From positions 2,432 to 66,431 of the IMG/VR virus record IMGVR_UViG_3300044878_000087: a stretch of 64,000 bases of DNA; one strand, written 5' to 3'. The notes under the pieces were generated by a model that saw only the letters and a program-made list of their open reading frames with translations, ran no database searches and had not been told where the DNA came from. Below are positions 26,346 through 36,701 of this stretch, in pieces (position 1 is the first letter of the stretch; the number at the start of each line of letters is the position of its first letter). Origin of the DNA: a virus (lineage: Duplodnaviria; Heunggongvirae; Uroviricota; Caudoviricetes). The translations under genes were made by a program, and so were the position numbers.

Positions 26346-27503
26346 TTATTTCACGGCTTGGTCTGTTTCTAAACCAGCAAGACGAGTCTGCTGTAGGTTT
26401 GCCATTGAAGCAACACGTTCCAGTGCTGTAACGGCACCAGCGGCATTGGAGAATGCAGTGGTTACACGCACTAGGTTACGCCAGGCATCTGCTTCATGCA
26501 GTTGACTACTGGTACCCATTACGTCTTCCATGTCCTTCATCAGTTTACCCATGATGGATTTTTCATTGATCTTACCCTCAATGAATTCACAGTTAGTGAT
26601 AACTTCTTCCATGGCTTTAACAATGGCTCGTTTGTCGCGTACTTTGTGCGACACAGTGGCATTAGAGTCACCACTGTATTTAGGTGATGGATAACCACTA
26701 CCATCATCTTCGACAGTCCAGCCGTCTGGAAGAACACCAGTGAATTCCAAGAAGGTTTTAGTTTCAGGAAATTCGCTATTGCTATCGGCTGCTTTCTTAA
26801 CTTGTTCGAATTGCTGCTGGAGGAATGCCGGATAGTCCATAAAGGCAAACTTAATGAATGGCAGTAGTTCACTAGGGGCCATCACTTTGCCATCCTTAAA
26901 GACTACCGAAGCAATGGGACCAGGGACGTCGACCTTACGGCCACCAGTAGGGCCATTAGGGCCAGCCCAGGTCTTAATGTCTTCACCGACCTTGACAGCC
27001 TTTTCTTTAGCTTCTTTAACTTTGCTAGTAAAGAACTCCCAAGCTTTCTTGAGCTTAGCCATCAGCTTGGCAACCAGCTCTTTCAACTTTTCCCACAGTT
27101 GTTTACCACGACCATTAATAGCTTCACTATCAACGCCTTCAGCTTTAACCATTTTATTACGGTTGGTGGTTTCAGCCAGATCGTTGTCTTCCATCGAAGC
27201 AACCAACGCAGAGCGCTGACCCAGTTGACGGTCAATACGAGCCAAGCCAATGTACATAGCTGCAGCAGTCTGACGAGTAATGCCATCAGGACCAGCTTGT
27301 TGCAGGAACTTGTCGTAAGCTTCCAATGAAGCACGAGCATCTTCTACAACTTCCAGCTCATGCTGGATCTCACCGAGTTCAGCGCCGAGCATATCGATCG
27401 GCACCATATCTTTCTTTTCTTCAGTCACTGCATCAACTGTACCAAATACTTCTTCGGTACCGGTGATACCTTTAACCTGGAGGAAATCTTGTTCAAATGT
27501 CAT
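26346..27503 (-). CDS. internal head protein paralog
   Basis: SLEAYDKFLQQAGPDGITRQTAAAMYIGLARI...SMED. Confidence 0.75.
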   Translation of the reverse strand: MTFEQDFLQVKGITGTEEVFGTVDAVTEEKKDMVPIDMLGAELGEIQHELEVVEDARASLEAYDKFLQQAGPDGITRQTAAAMYIGLARIDRQLGQRSALVASMEDNDLAETTNRNKMVKAEGVDSEAINGRGKQLWEKLKELVAKLMAKLKKAWEFFTSKVKEAKEKAVKVGEDIKTWAGPNGPTGGRKVDVPGPIASVVFKDGKVMAPSELLPFIKFAFMDYPAFLQQQFEQVKKAADSNSEFPETKTFLEFTGVLPDGWTVEDDGSGYPSPKYSGDSNATVSHKVRDKRAIVKAMEEVITNCEFIEGKINEKSIMGKLMKDMEDVMGTSSQLHEADAWRNLVRVTTAFSNAAGAVTALERVASMANLQQTRLAGLETDQAVK

Positions 27504-27505
27504 GT

Positions 27506-28597
27506 TTATGCTCGCTGTGCATTAGTTGCGGTTTTAACTTCGTGTTCGATGATAGTCAAGTGTGCATTCAACACACGACCGATGTAACGGATGATCCCTG
27601 CACTGTTGGCATCTACTTTAGAGGTAGTTGATAATACAGTGGAGATCATAGAGCTGGCATTCTTCTGACGTTCTTCATCGCCTTCTTTAGTTTTGGCTTC
27701 CAGTTCGTCAGTAGCTTCGACAACTTTGTTGACTGAGGTTTCGATACGTACAGAAACTTCTTCAAGCTTCTCAGCAATATCGATGATCTTAATGATCTCA
27801 TTCAAGTCATGGGATAGTTCAGTAGAACTACGGGCCTTGCGGACAACATCTTCTTCAATGACGCGAGCTTCAACTTCAGCGATCGTGTAGTTATAGCCTG
27901 AGTCATCATGCACAACCATCACGTTACCAGGATAAGTCGAGTTGTCTGTGTTAGAGAAGTTCAATGGAGTCAGAGTTTCTTCAATAGCAGAAACCATACC
28001 GCTGGCATCTTGACCAGGGTCGAAGTTCTTAACTACGCTTGCCAGTTCCAGATAGAAGTCATTGATTGCATCTGGATAAGCAACCGCACCAAACGTTGCT
28101 ACTTCACGAAGCTCAGCAAAGTTACCATCGCCCATGTCACCAGAGATAGCTACTTGGTTCGCTAGCTTGGCAGGGATGTGAACTTCAGTCTGTCCATCAG
28201 GTACGCTTTTAACAGAACCTTTCAAGGCTTCGACTTTAGCACGCAGCTTGGAGAACGATGTCAACAGTGCACCGACCTGATCTTTGATCATGCTGTACAT
28301 CTCTTTCAACCACTCTTTAAACTTACCAACAGCTGCACCAATGCGTGAACCGATGGTATCGGCATCTTCTAGGCTGAGGGCATGCGATAGAGCGTTCTTC
28401 AGATCAGCGTGGTGCTCCAATGCAACCGTATCCCCACCGATGTGGCGGGTAATGCGTAAGACGTCTTGTGCGACTACTGCAGCAGCTTGTTTGGTCAAGC
28501 CATTAACAGCCAGTTCCCGGTATTGTTCCAGAGAGACCAGCATTTCACCAAGAGTCTTCAATTTCTTCTGAAGCTTAATTTGTTCGAGGTGTTTCAT
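27506..28597 (-). CDS. internal head protein paralog (gp93-like)
   Basis: SLEQY...GLTKQAAA...ALE/SLED...GSRIGAAVGKFKEWLK; start MKHLEQ has SD. Confidence 0.72.
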   Translation of the reverse strand: MKHLEQIKLQKKLKTLGEMLVSLEQYRELAVNGLTKQAAAVVAQDVLRITRHIGGDTVALEHHADLKNALSHALSLEDADTIGSRIGAAVGKFKEWLKEMYSMIKDQVGALLTSFSKLRAKVEALKGSVKSVPDGQTEVHIPAKLANQVAISGDMGDGNFAELREVATFGAVAYPDAINDFYLELASVVKNFDPGQDASGMVSAIEETLTPLNFSNTDNSTYPGNVMVVHDDSGYNYTIAEVEARVIEEDVVRKARSSTELSHDLNEIIKIIDIAEKLEEVSVRIETSVNKVVEATDELEAKTKEGDEERQKNASSMISTVLSTTSKVDANSAGIIRYIGRVLNAHLTIIEHEVKTATNAQRA

Positions 28598-29918
28598 TCG
28601 ACTTCCCTTCGATTTCATTAGGAGTAGGTTTTCGGAGTGGGGGTTGATAAGCTCTCAACTCCAATTCAGCAACATACGTTAAACCACCCAGAGTTCTTAA
28701 AACTCCAGCCAGTGCGTTGTTGTAATCGGTAACCATCCGAGCGACGTTATTGATCATCAAAGTGACCGATTGGATAATGTCCGAAATAGCGGGACGTCCT
28801 TTAATCGGTGTTTCCTTTTGCTCATCTTTGGTAATCTGTTTGTCAGCTTCATCTGGCTCTACTTTGAACTGACCAGCCTTAGTCCGAATCTTTTCCCCAG
28901 AGATCTGGATTCTGCGCAAAGCTTGAGCTAGCTTAGATTCATATCCCTTCCGAGATTGGAACCGTTTAGCGATAGCCAGCAGTTGTGCTAACCGTTGTGA
29001 GATTGCATTCATCTGATCGACTTCAACAACCAATGCATCTTGGCCTGGACCCTTGAGTTCTTTGACTGTGTAATAACGGAAAGAAAAGTCTCGTACGGTG
29101 TTAACCATAAAAGCCCAGTTCTTTTGTTCTTCGTTATCAGATTCAATCGGACCCGAAGCATACAAAGCTTTGTTGCCTTGGATAGCAGGAGTACGGAACA
29201 GCGGTGAAGCAATACGGAAACGATCATCGCCTTCTACGGATTCAGCTTTGGCCATCCACGACGTAGGAACAAACTTAGAGAAGTCTACTCCAGCTTCTTC
29301 TGCAAAGTCATGGTCGAAAGAAAGCTTCTCAAATGTCTTCGATACTTCTTCCATGAACTGCAGGAACACTTTGTCATAGAAAGCAAACGCTGAATTCGCT
29401 AGCGAGATAATCCGGGTGATGTCTTTCGGTTCATACCGACCATCGATATTGAACTTCTTAGGAGACTTCAAAGTAAACTCCGATTTGTACGGAGGATTCT
29501 TAATCGCCTGAGCTTGGTTGTACAGCATGTTGGTTCGTTCAACCAACCGATCACTACCCACGTTAATCACACGGGCATATTCGATCGTTTCAGATTGGAG
29601 CTTCTTGAGAGACTCCACTGATTTGTCCCAGACTTTCTTAGATGCATTTGAGATGTCCTCTAAAGAGAGATACTCATTCGGAGCTACATCTGAATACTTT
29701 TCTAAGGCATATTGGAACATTGACTCATCGGGATCAAACCGTTGAGCTTCCAACGCAACACCGAAGGACAAACTTTGTGCTAGCTTTCGTAGCGTTGCCT
29801 CTGTGCGTTCTTCCAGAGATTCGAACTGATGTTCGAGCGAGGCGATCATATCGACGGGTTCTACCCCGTCGACTGATTTAGGGGTCTCTGGAGCAATCGC
29901 ATTGGTTGCACCAACCAT
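28575..29918 (-). CDS. head protein (gp92-like)
   Basis: Multiple SLE/ALE sites in N-terminus; synteny. Confidence 0.68.
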   Translation of the reverse strand: MVGATNAIAPETPKSVDGVEPVDMIASLEHQFESLEERTEATLRKLAQSLSFGVALEAQRFDPDESMFQYALEKYSDVAPNEYLSLEDISNASKKVWDKSVESLKKLQSETIEYARVINVGSDRLVERTNMLYNQAQAIKNPPYKSEFTLKSPKKFNIDGRYEPKDITRIISLANSAFAFYDKVFLQFMEEVSKTFEKLSFDHDFAEEAGVDFSKFVPTSWMAKAESVEGDDRFRIASPLFRTPAIQGNKALYASGPIESDNEEQKNWAFMVNTVRDFSFRYYTVKELKGPGQDALVVEVDQMNAISQRLAQLLAIAKRFQSRKGYESKLAQALRRIQISGEKIRTKAGQFKVEPDEADKQITKDEQKETPIKGRPAISDIIQSVTLMINNVARMVTDYNNALAGVLRTLGGLTYVAELELRAYQPPLRKPTPNEIEGKSNETPRTN

Positions 29919-29926
29919 GTTGACTC

Positions 29927-30448
29927 CTATTTGATTTTGACAGTAGCCTTACCGAACAACATGTGCAGGGTAAACATCATGTCATCAAAACCACGAGGCT
30001 GCATGCACCACTTCTGGATCATTGCTTCGATCGAAGTGCTGAGGGCCAGTTGTTTGAAAAGATCTTGAACATCACTACGACCACCGATGAGTTGCAAACC
30101 AGTTGGTGGTTCGTCACTCAGCATCATTGGCCAACTATGAATGCTCAGCTCACGACGACCGGTCGCAATGAAGCGAATGGTGTCGAGCAGGAACTTATAG
30201 TTCCAATCAACGCGTTGGGCATTGGTGTCTTGCAGGATGAACCAGTTATAGTTACCACCTAGCAGACGCATTGCTTCAGCGACTACGCGCTTACGGAAAT
30301 CCCAATGGACAGTGCGTGTGGGGAAAGCTGTGTACTCTTGGAACAGGTCTAGAACACGTTCGTCGCGTACACTTGTGATGTAGCGACGTTGTGCTTGGGC
30401 CTGACCGCCAGAGTAGTCGTTATTCATTTTCACTGAATTCGTACCCAT
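29927..30448 (-). CDS. conserved virion-region protein (gp91-like)
   Basis: 173 aa; synteny. Confidence 0.62.
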   Translation of the reverse strand: MGTNSVKMNNDYSGGQAQAQRRYITSVRDERVLDLFQEYTAFPTRTVHWDFRKRVVAEAMRLLGGNYNWFILQDTNAQRVDWNYKFLLDTIRFIATGRRELSIHSWPMMLSDEPPTGLQLIGGRSDVQDLFKQLALSTSIEAMIQKWCMQPRGFDDMMFTLHMLFGKATVKIK

Positions 30449-30461
30449 GGGTCAGATTCCT

Positions 30462-31355
30462 TTATAGACGAGCTTTAGCTTCAGTCGAGCTAATGTCGTA
30501 TTCGTACTCAGACAGACGCTCTTCGTACATCTTGATTTGTTTCTGCAGAACTGGCGAAGCAGGGTTGCCTTGCAGTTGTTCACGCAGCTCCAACAGACGA
30601 TGTTGCAGAGCGTTGTATTCTTCTTGAGCAGCTTTGTAACGAGCTACCTTCCACTCAGCTACATATTTGCCGAGGGTCAAGAATGGGTTCTGTTGAGGAG
30701 AGAAGCCAGACATCCGCATTGGGTCCATCTTAGCGTCACCCAACGAGCGGGTAGCCAGATCGTAAGTCTCTGCATTGATCTCTGCATCTGAAGCTTGAGA
30801 GAACTTTTGTTTCAGTTCGTTCGGGCTCAGGATCATTGCTGGATACAGACCAACGAATTGATCCATGTTCGATTGTACCCAATCGATTTCAGCCGGTGCC
30901 CAGTGGGACGGAGCAGCTTTACCACGAGCCTGCGATTCTTGGGTAACCAGGAACAACATGAACTTACGACCCCAACGGATGTAGAAGCTCAGGGCGTCTA
31001 CATACTTCAGGATGTTAGCACGGTTGATGGTAAGGTTAGTGTTGGTGAACTGGAATGCGAACAGACGACGGATTTCCTGTACAACCATGCCCAGGTTACC
31101 GCGTACGGTTTCCATGGATTGGAAGAACAGTTCCATGAAGTTGCCACGGTAGTTCACAGCACGCTGCATGGTACTGGTATACTTCTGACCAATCTGCGAC
31201 TTGACTTCTAAGGACAGAATCAGATCACGGACTTCAGGCAATAGGGGTGCGACCGTAGTGTCATATTCTTCTTCTAGGTCGGCGATTTGGTTAAGCAGTT
31301 CCTTACGCTCTTTGAATGGCGCTAAGGAACCCACGTATTCGAGTAGTGAACTCAT
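30462..31355 (-). CDS. inner-body/head protein (gp90-like)
   Basis: 297 aa, helical with C-terminal coiled coil; synteny. Confidence 0.7.
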   Translation of the reverse strand: MSSLLEYVGSLAPFKERKELLNQIADLEEEYDTTVAPLLPEVRDLILSLEVKSQIGQKYTSTMQRAVNYRGNFMELFFQSMETVRGNLGMVVQEIRRLFAFQFTNTNLTINRANILKYVDALSFYIRWGRKFMLFLVTQESQARGKAAPSHWAPAEIDWVQSNMDQFVGLYPAMILSPNELKQKFSQASDAEINAETYDLATRSLGDAKMDPMRMSGFSPQQNPFLTLGKYVAEWKVARYKAAQEEYNALQHRLLELREQLQGNPASPVLQKQIKMYEERLSEYEYDISSTEAKARL

Positions 31356-31370
31356 TGTGACTGTCCTTTA

Positions 31371-32639
31371 TTACAAATTGGTTTGCATGGAGCGGCTGAA
31401 CATCTTGAACATTTCAGTGATGTCTGGGCCTTTCGATTTCTCGCTACGTTCGATCTCGTCGAACTTATGGCTGGTCGACAGATCAACACCACGGTGCCAG
31501 ATCTGTACACGCTGCCAGCGTTCGTCAACAACGATCAGCATCAGCAGGTAGCTGTTGTCGAAGATTGCTTTACGTACGGATTCTTGTTCGATCTTACCGA
31601 ACAACTTGCCAGTAGCCATCTTCAGGGTATCAGCAGAAACGATTGCGATGTTCGATGCATCAGCAACAGATACACGGCCAGTCTGCAGAGCTTTCTGAGA
31701 GTTGTTACGACGACGATCAGTGATCATCTTGAATACGCCGGACTTGTCATTCATCAGAGCACGGAAGTGTTCATCGATCATATCTTGACCGAGAACGAAG
31801 TCACGCCAGAATTTGATCTGACCAGTTTGTACCATGAACAGACGCTGAGCCCAGCTATCGCGCCCACCAGCACTAAACATATGAACCATCGACTGAGGTG
31901 GAACGGCTGCCGGGATCAAACGGATCAGTACTGGAAGTTTAGCTTTCTTGTCGCCATCCGAAATTTCTACGTTCAGAAGTTTACCAACAGCCAAGCTTTC
32001 TACTTCGTGGATCTTGTTATCGCCAGATGACATATCTCGAGCGGAATCACCAGTTGTACCCCAACCATCCTCGGTCAGTTTCTTACCGATGGCAGAGTTA
32101 CCAATGTCTTCTTCGATCTTACGACCAACCATTCCTGCTTCACCGGCAGGATCTACAGATTCCATGGATGCGAACAGTAGAGATGGACGGATACGGCGAG
32201 AGAAGCTTTCCAGTGATGGCAAACCGTTTGCATAGACACTTGGGTCATATGCAGCTGCGGCGTAGCATTCGTTACTAGACTTAGTAGCCATGCGGTTGTA
32301 ATCAAAACCGAGCGACCGGTCAGGGTTCAGGGAATCCAATACCTTCAGGGTATCGATTCGACCTACACCCAGAATCATGTTTACGGCTTGCAGGTAGTAT
32401 CCTGCGAAGTTCGAGGTTGCCAGCTTCAGCAGGGGAACCATGTACGGCTGATCGACCAACGTTGAGTCGATAATAGCCAGAGGTTCTACGCGAGCAGGCT
32501 TGGTTAGATCGGCAAGCGAAGAAACTTGCAGGCCGTTCTTGGCCAGGTTGAATACAGTCTGCATCAGCGCCTGACCAGCGACTTGAGCAGCGGTTGACGC
32601 AGCGGCTGCACCTGCAGCAGCGATAACTGGAGCTACCAT
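31371..32639 (-). CDS. inner-body/head protein (gp89-like)
   Basis: Start MVAPV with AAGGAAG SD; SSLADLTKPARVEP, internal SLE/SME sites, LAVGKLLNV. Confidence 0.72.
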   Translation of the reverse strand: MVAPVIAAAGAAAASTAAQVAGQALMQTVFNLAKNGLQVSSLADLTKPARVEPLAIIDSTLVDQPYMVPLLKLATSNFAGYYLQAVNMILGVGRIDTLKVLDSLNPDRSLGFDYNRMATKSSNECYAAAAYDPSVYANGLPSLESFSRRIRPSLLFASMESVDPAGEAGMVGRKIEEDIGNSAIGKKLTEDGWGTTGDSARDMSSGDNKIHEVESLAVGKLLNVEISDGDKKAKLPVLIRLIPAAVPPQSMVHMFSAGGRDSWAQRLFMVQTGQIKFWRDFVLGQDMIDEHFRALMNDKSGVFKMITDRRRNNSQKALQTGRVSVADASNIAIVSADTLKMATGKLFGKIEQESVRKAIFDNSYLLMLIVVDERWQRVQIWHRGVDLSTSHKFDEIERSEKSKGPDITEMFKMFSRSMQTNL

Positions 32640-32674
32640 GTGTCTCTTCCTTTTAGAAAATAGAGAGTTTAAAA

Positions 32675-33760
32675 ATGTCAGTAAATAGTTACATCGAGAA
32701 AATTGCACAAAATATTGGGCGTACTCCTCGCAACCACGCACTGAGCAACGCGGCGTTCGGCATCAACATCTTAGGTCGAAATGCCCCGGTTCCTCAGAAC
32801 ACTGAGAACCATGGTTATACGTTCTTTACGAAACCGCTGTTCAATTTATCATACGATAACTGCATGGTGGACCGAAGGTTGTCTATGTTGTTGCGGGAAG
32901 ACAAAGATTGCCTAGAGCGCTGGGCACGGGTAACACTAGATCCGTGGTCTGCTACACAAGTTGAAAACGCATTAAAGTCATCATTGAATGATCCATTGTC
33001 GCCATTCATTCCGATGCTGTCGAACAACCTTATTTCGTTGAACGGTTGGCCAGACTTCACTATTAACATGTCTACAACGACGTCAGGTATCTACCGTGAC
33101 TCGATGGCTTATGTAGATGACGTACCATACCAGTACGAGACTTACACGCTCCAGGCAACCTATCGGAACATTGAAGGTGATCCGATTACCATGCTGCATT
33201 TCATGTGGTTGTTGGCACAGGGCTTGGGTAAAGAAGGTCGTACCATGCCTTACCCAGAATTGGTATTGATGAACGAACGTGATTACGATACTCGGATCTA
33301 CCGACTGGTTATGGACCAGACTCGTACTTACGTTACACGTATCTTTGCATGTGGGGCAGCTACCCCCGAGAACGCACCCACTGGTGAGATCGCTAACTTT
33401 ACGGGTGACGGTTCGGAAACTGGTTCACAAGTAATTGCTAGCCAGTTGAACTTTTCATATCGCTGTAACGGTGTGACTACCTACGATCATATTTTAATCT
33501 ACGAGTTTAATGATCTGCAACAAGACTTTAACTCGATGATGAAAGACGATGTACGCGATAGCGCGATGCATTTGCTGTACCCGTGGGAGAAAGACTATTT
33601 CAACTATAGAGCTTACCCACGTATCAATCCAATCAACATGGAATTGGAATGGTGGGTACCGAAGGAAGAGTACGAAGCTATTAAGGCTGGTAACATCAAA
33701 CAGACTCCTACTCCGACAACTACCCAAGATCCAAATCAAATGCTTCCTGAGGCAAACTAA
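32675..33760 (+). CDS. tail/baseplate structural protein (gp88-like)
   Basis: GYTFFTKP..NLSYDN; NPINMELEWW; synteny. Confidence 0.65.
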   Translation: MSVNSYIEKIAQNIGRTPRNHALSNAAFGINILGRNAPVPQNTENHGYTFFTKPLFNLSYDNCMVDRRLSMLLREDKDCLERWARVTLDPWSATQVENALKSSLNDPLSPFIPMLSNNLISLNGWPDFTINMSTTTSGIYRDSMAYVDDVPYQYETYTLQATYRNIEGDPITMLHFMWLLAQGLGKEGRTMPYPELVLMNERDYDTRIYRLVMDQTRTYVTRIFACGAATPENAPTGEIANFTGDGSETGSQVIASQLNFSYRCNGVTTYDHILIYEFNDLQQDFNSMMKDDVRDSAMHLLYPWEKDYFNYRAYPRINPINMELEWWVPKEEYEAIKAGNIKQTPTPTTTQDPNQMLPEAN

Positions 33761-36663
33761 TGAGTCAATTTAAAGAACGGATTTATAACGCTCGTCGAAA
33801 CCCTAGCCAGATGCAACAGATTGCTCTGGAGGAACTCGATCAGCAACTACAGGGTCGTGGTCTATACGACATCCCTGATGCGACAATCCCATTCGTAGCT
33901 TCTATGGAATGCGGTACCCTCGGTGTATCCATGGCGATCACTGAGATGGAAGCCCAGATGCGTAAGCTGAACGGGCGGATGGCTTTGACTCAAGAAGAAG
34001 TCTACTACCACATGTCCTCGGTGGATTACCTGGGTCGGTTCTCTACTCCGGCTACTACGGAGTTCCATCTGTACCTGGGCTATGAAGAGATCATTCAGAA
34101 GGCTGTTCCTTATGGCGATCAAGGTGCACGTAAACTCGTGATCCCTCGTCTGACTCAGTTCTTGGGTGGTGTTACACCTTTCACAATGCAATACCCGATT
34201 GAACTGCGGGTGTTGCGTCATGGTGGGTTGCAGATCGTTTACGATGCTACTGACATATCTCCTGTGGAAACGTTGAAGACTAACCAAGTATCGTGGGACA
34301 TGCTACGGATGGCTCGTAACCGAGTAGTTCGTCTAAAGATCCCAGTGCGTCAGTTCCGTATTGAAACGAACACCGATGCTCTGTCGCCATCAACTCTTTT
34401 CGAACACTCGTATGCTTTCCAAGACAAGTTCTATTATGCTCGAGTGTATCTGAATGATGGTGGTACCAATTCACCTTGGGTTGAGATCAAAACGACTCAC
34501 ACTGATCAGGTCTATGATCCACTCAATGTAACGGCCGTTCTGCGTGTAGTAGGCCAGTCTTTGCAAGTAGCGATCCCGACTATCTATACCAATACCGGTA
34601 AAGCCTCCGGTAAGATCCGTGTAGACGTTTACACTACATTAGGTGCCATCGATATCTCCATGGCTGATTTCCGTCCTGAGCAGTTCCAGGCGAAGTTTAA
34701 CGCTATCGACGATGACACGACTTATGTGTCTCCCCTCAACACGTTTAGTATCAAACAAGCACTGAACGTATCCCGTGTCTCTGGAGGCGCAAATGCCATC
34801 GATCTGGTTACCCTTCGCAATCGTGTTATTGATAACACAATGGGCGATGCTGACATTCCGATCACTGATGTACAGCTGGAAGCGAAGCTCGATCAACGTG
34901 GCTATACGCTGGTATCGAATATCGATAACATCACTGATCGACAGTTCCTTGCCTCTCGCCGGTTGGGTACTCCGAAGTCTCTCGATGTTGTAAGTGGTGC
35001 TGGTTGTGTAATGTCGCAACTACGGATCAACATGGAATCCATTGCTGCTTCTACTCACACAGCCGACAACGGTGAACGGATCACAATCCTGCCATCGATG
35101 CTGTATCGTTTCTCCAACGGTAAAGTAACGGCTGTGCCTGACAGTGAACTAGCTGGTATCTTGGCTGCTGATCCTGAAGATATCTCACGTCGTGCTAACG
35201 AATCGCGTTTCGTGTATTCGCCATTTCACTACGTGATGGATGCTACGGACGATAACTTCGACTTCCGTCCTTACTACTTGGACAATCCAATCATCACCGA
35301 GAAAACATTCGTTGGTGAGAACGACACTTCTAACTTGCAAGCTTCAGTAGATGCTTACGAGATCGAACGTGTTAAGGATGGTTACAAAGTTAGGATTCGT
35401 TTGAGTTCCTCACAGAACTTCAAGAACCTGGATGAGTCACAAGTTGCTTGTCAGATCGGTTATCGCCCTACCGGTGAAGATATCTTCGCTTCGGTTAACG
35501 GTACACAGATCGCACTGGAGAATGGTGAACGCGTATTTGAGTTTGCTATCAAGACCAACTACGACCTGGATTCCACAGGTGAGCTGTTCACTACAAACAT
35601 GTCGATCTTCTCGTCAGCTCAAACTAACTTCAAGACCAAACTAGAAAACGAATTCGATATCTCGATTCTGGTTGTTAACGCTATCACTCCTGGGTACATG
35701 CCTAACGAGATTGATGCCATGGTTGAATCGCATCTATTACCAAACCAATGGATGCTGGTTACCCGTGAACGTCTAGAAGTAACCCTGGGCTACGACATGA
35801 CTCGTATCTGGCGTCGTAACCGTTCTGTGCTGGGCGAAGAAGACTATCAGAAGTGGACCACTAACGTTCCTAAGGTATGGACTGAAAACGTCTATGAAAC
35901 AGATGAGAACGGCAACATCATTATCGACATCGGTCCTAATGGTGAAGTCCTCATGAATCTGATTCATGCCAAAGACTCTCCGGTACTCGATGCACAAGGT
36001 GAACAAACTTGGCTACACCTGAAGAACGATCCAGTTATCGTTGATGGGAAACCTGTGTTGGTAGCTCCACGTAAATTGCTGCGTGAAGTTACTATCCTGA
36101 TGATCGATGGTTTGTTCTACTTCGCTACTGAAGCATCGGCTGTTGAATACCAGAAAGAAATCCCTATGGAATTTGTAAGCTGGTTGAAATCAGATATCGA
36201 TGACATTGGTGATCGGTTGCTGGAGAAAGCTGAGCTGTACGTATACCCAACTCAAACCTTCGGTGATACAACCGTTAGCGTGCGGGATGGACAGCGTGCA
36301 ACTATCACGATCGATCAATCGTTCGCGATTACTCATTGGCTCAAGCCTGCTGCTTATACCAACTCGACTATCCGTCCTTCGCTCATCGACAACGATAAGC
36401 AAGTGCTGGATGACAAGATCTCCATGAAGACTGTATCCCGTTCCGATATCGTTTCGCAACTGGGTGTTACTTCTGGTGATGATGTATTGGCTAACGAAGT
36501 CAGTGGGCTGGGTGGTGATGAGAACTATCCGATCCTCACGGTTGAAGACGATGCTGTACGGTTGTCTATCCGTAAGAAAATGGTGGTACTGGCTAACCAA
36601 CTGTTGACGATTGAAGATGACGTAACTGTTAACTTCCTACCGCACGAAGTTGTTGAAGACTAA
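33760..36663 (+). CDS. large baseplate structural protein (gp87-like)
   Basis: 967 aa; SGGANAIDLVTLRNRV resembles wedge-protein GG...LR motif; synteny. Confidence 0.65.
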   Translation: MSQFKERIYNARRNPSQMQQIALEELDQQLQGRGLYDIPDATIPFVASMECGTLGVSMAITEMEAQMRKLNGRMALTQEEVYYHMSSVDYLGRFSTPATTEFHLYLGYEEIIQKAVPYGDQGARKLVIPRLTQFLGGVTPFTMQYPIELRVLRHGGLQIVYDATDISPVETLKTNQVSWDMLRMARNRVVRLKIPVRQFRIETNTDALSPSTLFEHSYAFQDKFYYARVYLNDGGTNSPWVEIKTTHTDQVYDPLNVTAVLRVVGQSLQVAIPTIYTNTGKASGKIRVDVYTTLGAIDISMADFRPEQFQAKFNAIDDDTTYVSPLNTFSIKQALNVSRVSGGANAIDLVTLRNRVIDNTMGDADIPITDVQLEAKLDQRGYTLVSNIDNITDRQFLASRRLGTPKSLDVVSGAGCVMSQLRINMESIAASTHTADNGERITILPSMLYRFSNGKVTAVPDSELAGILAADPEDISRRANESRFVYSPFHYVMDATDDNFDFRPYYLDNPIITEKTFVGENDTSNLQASVDAYEIERVKDGYKVRIRLSSSQNFKNLDESQVACQIGYRPTGEDIFASVNGTQIALENGERVFEFAIKTNYDLDSTGELFTTNMSIFSSAQTNFKTKLENEFDISILVVNAITPGYMPNEIDAMVESHLLPNQWMLVTRERLEVTLGYDMTRIWRRNRSVLGEEDYQKWTTNVPKVWTENVYETDENGNIIIDIGPNGEVLMNLIHAKDSPVLDAQGEQTWLHLKNDPVIVDGKPVLVAPRKLLREVTILMIDGLFYFATEASAVEYQKEIPMEFVSWLKSDIDDIGDRLLEKAELYVYPTQTFGDTTVSVRDGQRATITIDQSFAITHWLKPAAYTNSTIRPSLIDNDKQVLDDKISMKTVSRSDIVSQLGVTSGDDVLANEVSGLGGDENYPILTVEDDAVRLSIRKKMVVLANQLLTIEDDVTVNFLPHEVVED

Positions 36664-36674
36664 CACGGCATATT

Positions 36675-36694
36675 GGCTTCCCCTAGGGGAAGCC
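36675..36694. terminator. bidirectional terminator between convergent genes
   Basis: Perfect palindrome GGCTTCCCCTAGGGGAAGCC. Confidence 0.75.
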
Positions 36695-36701
36695 GTTTAT
36701 G

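Noticed and set aside
32640-32741. N-terminal extension of ORF 31371..32741
   Set aside because: Overlaps the divergent gene; ATG at 32639 has an SD
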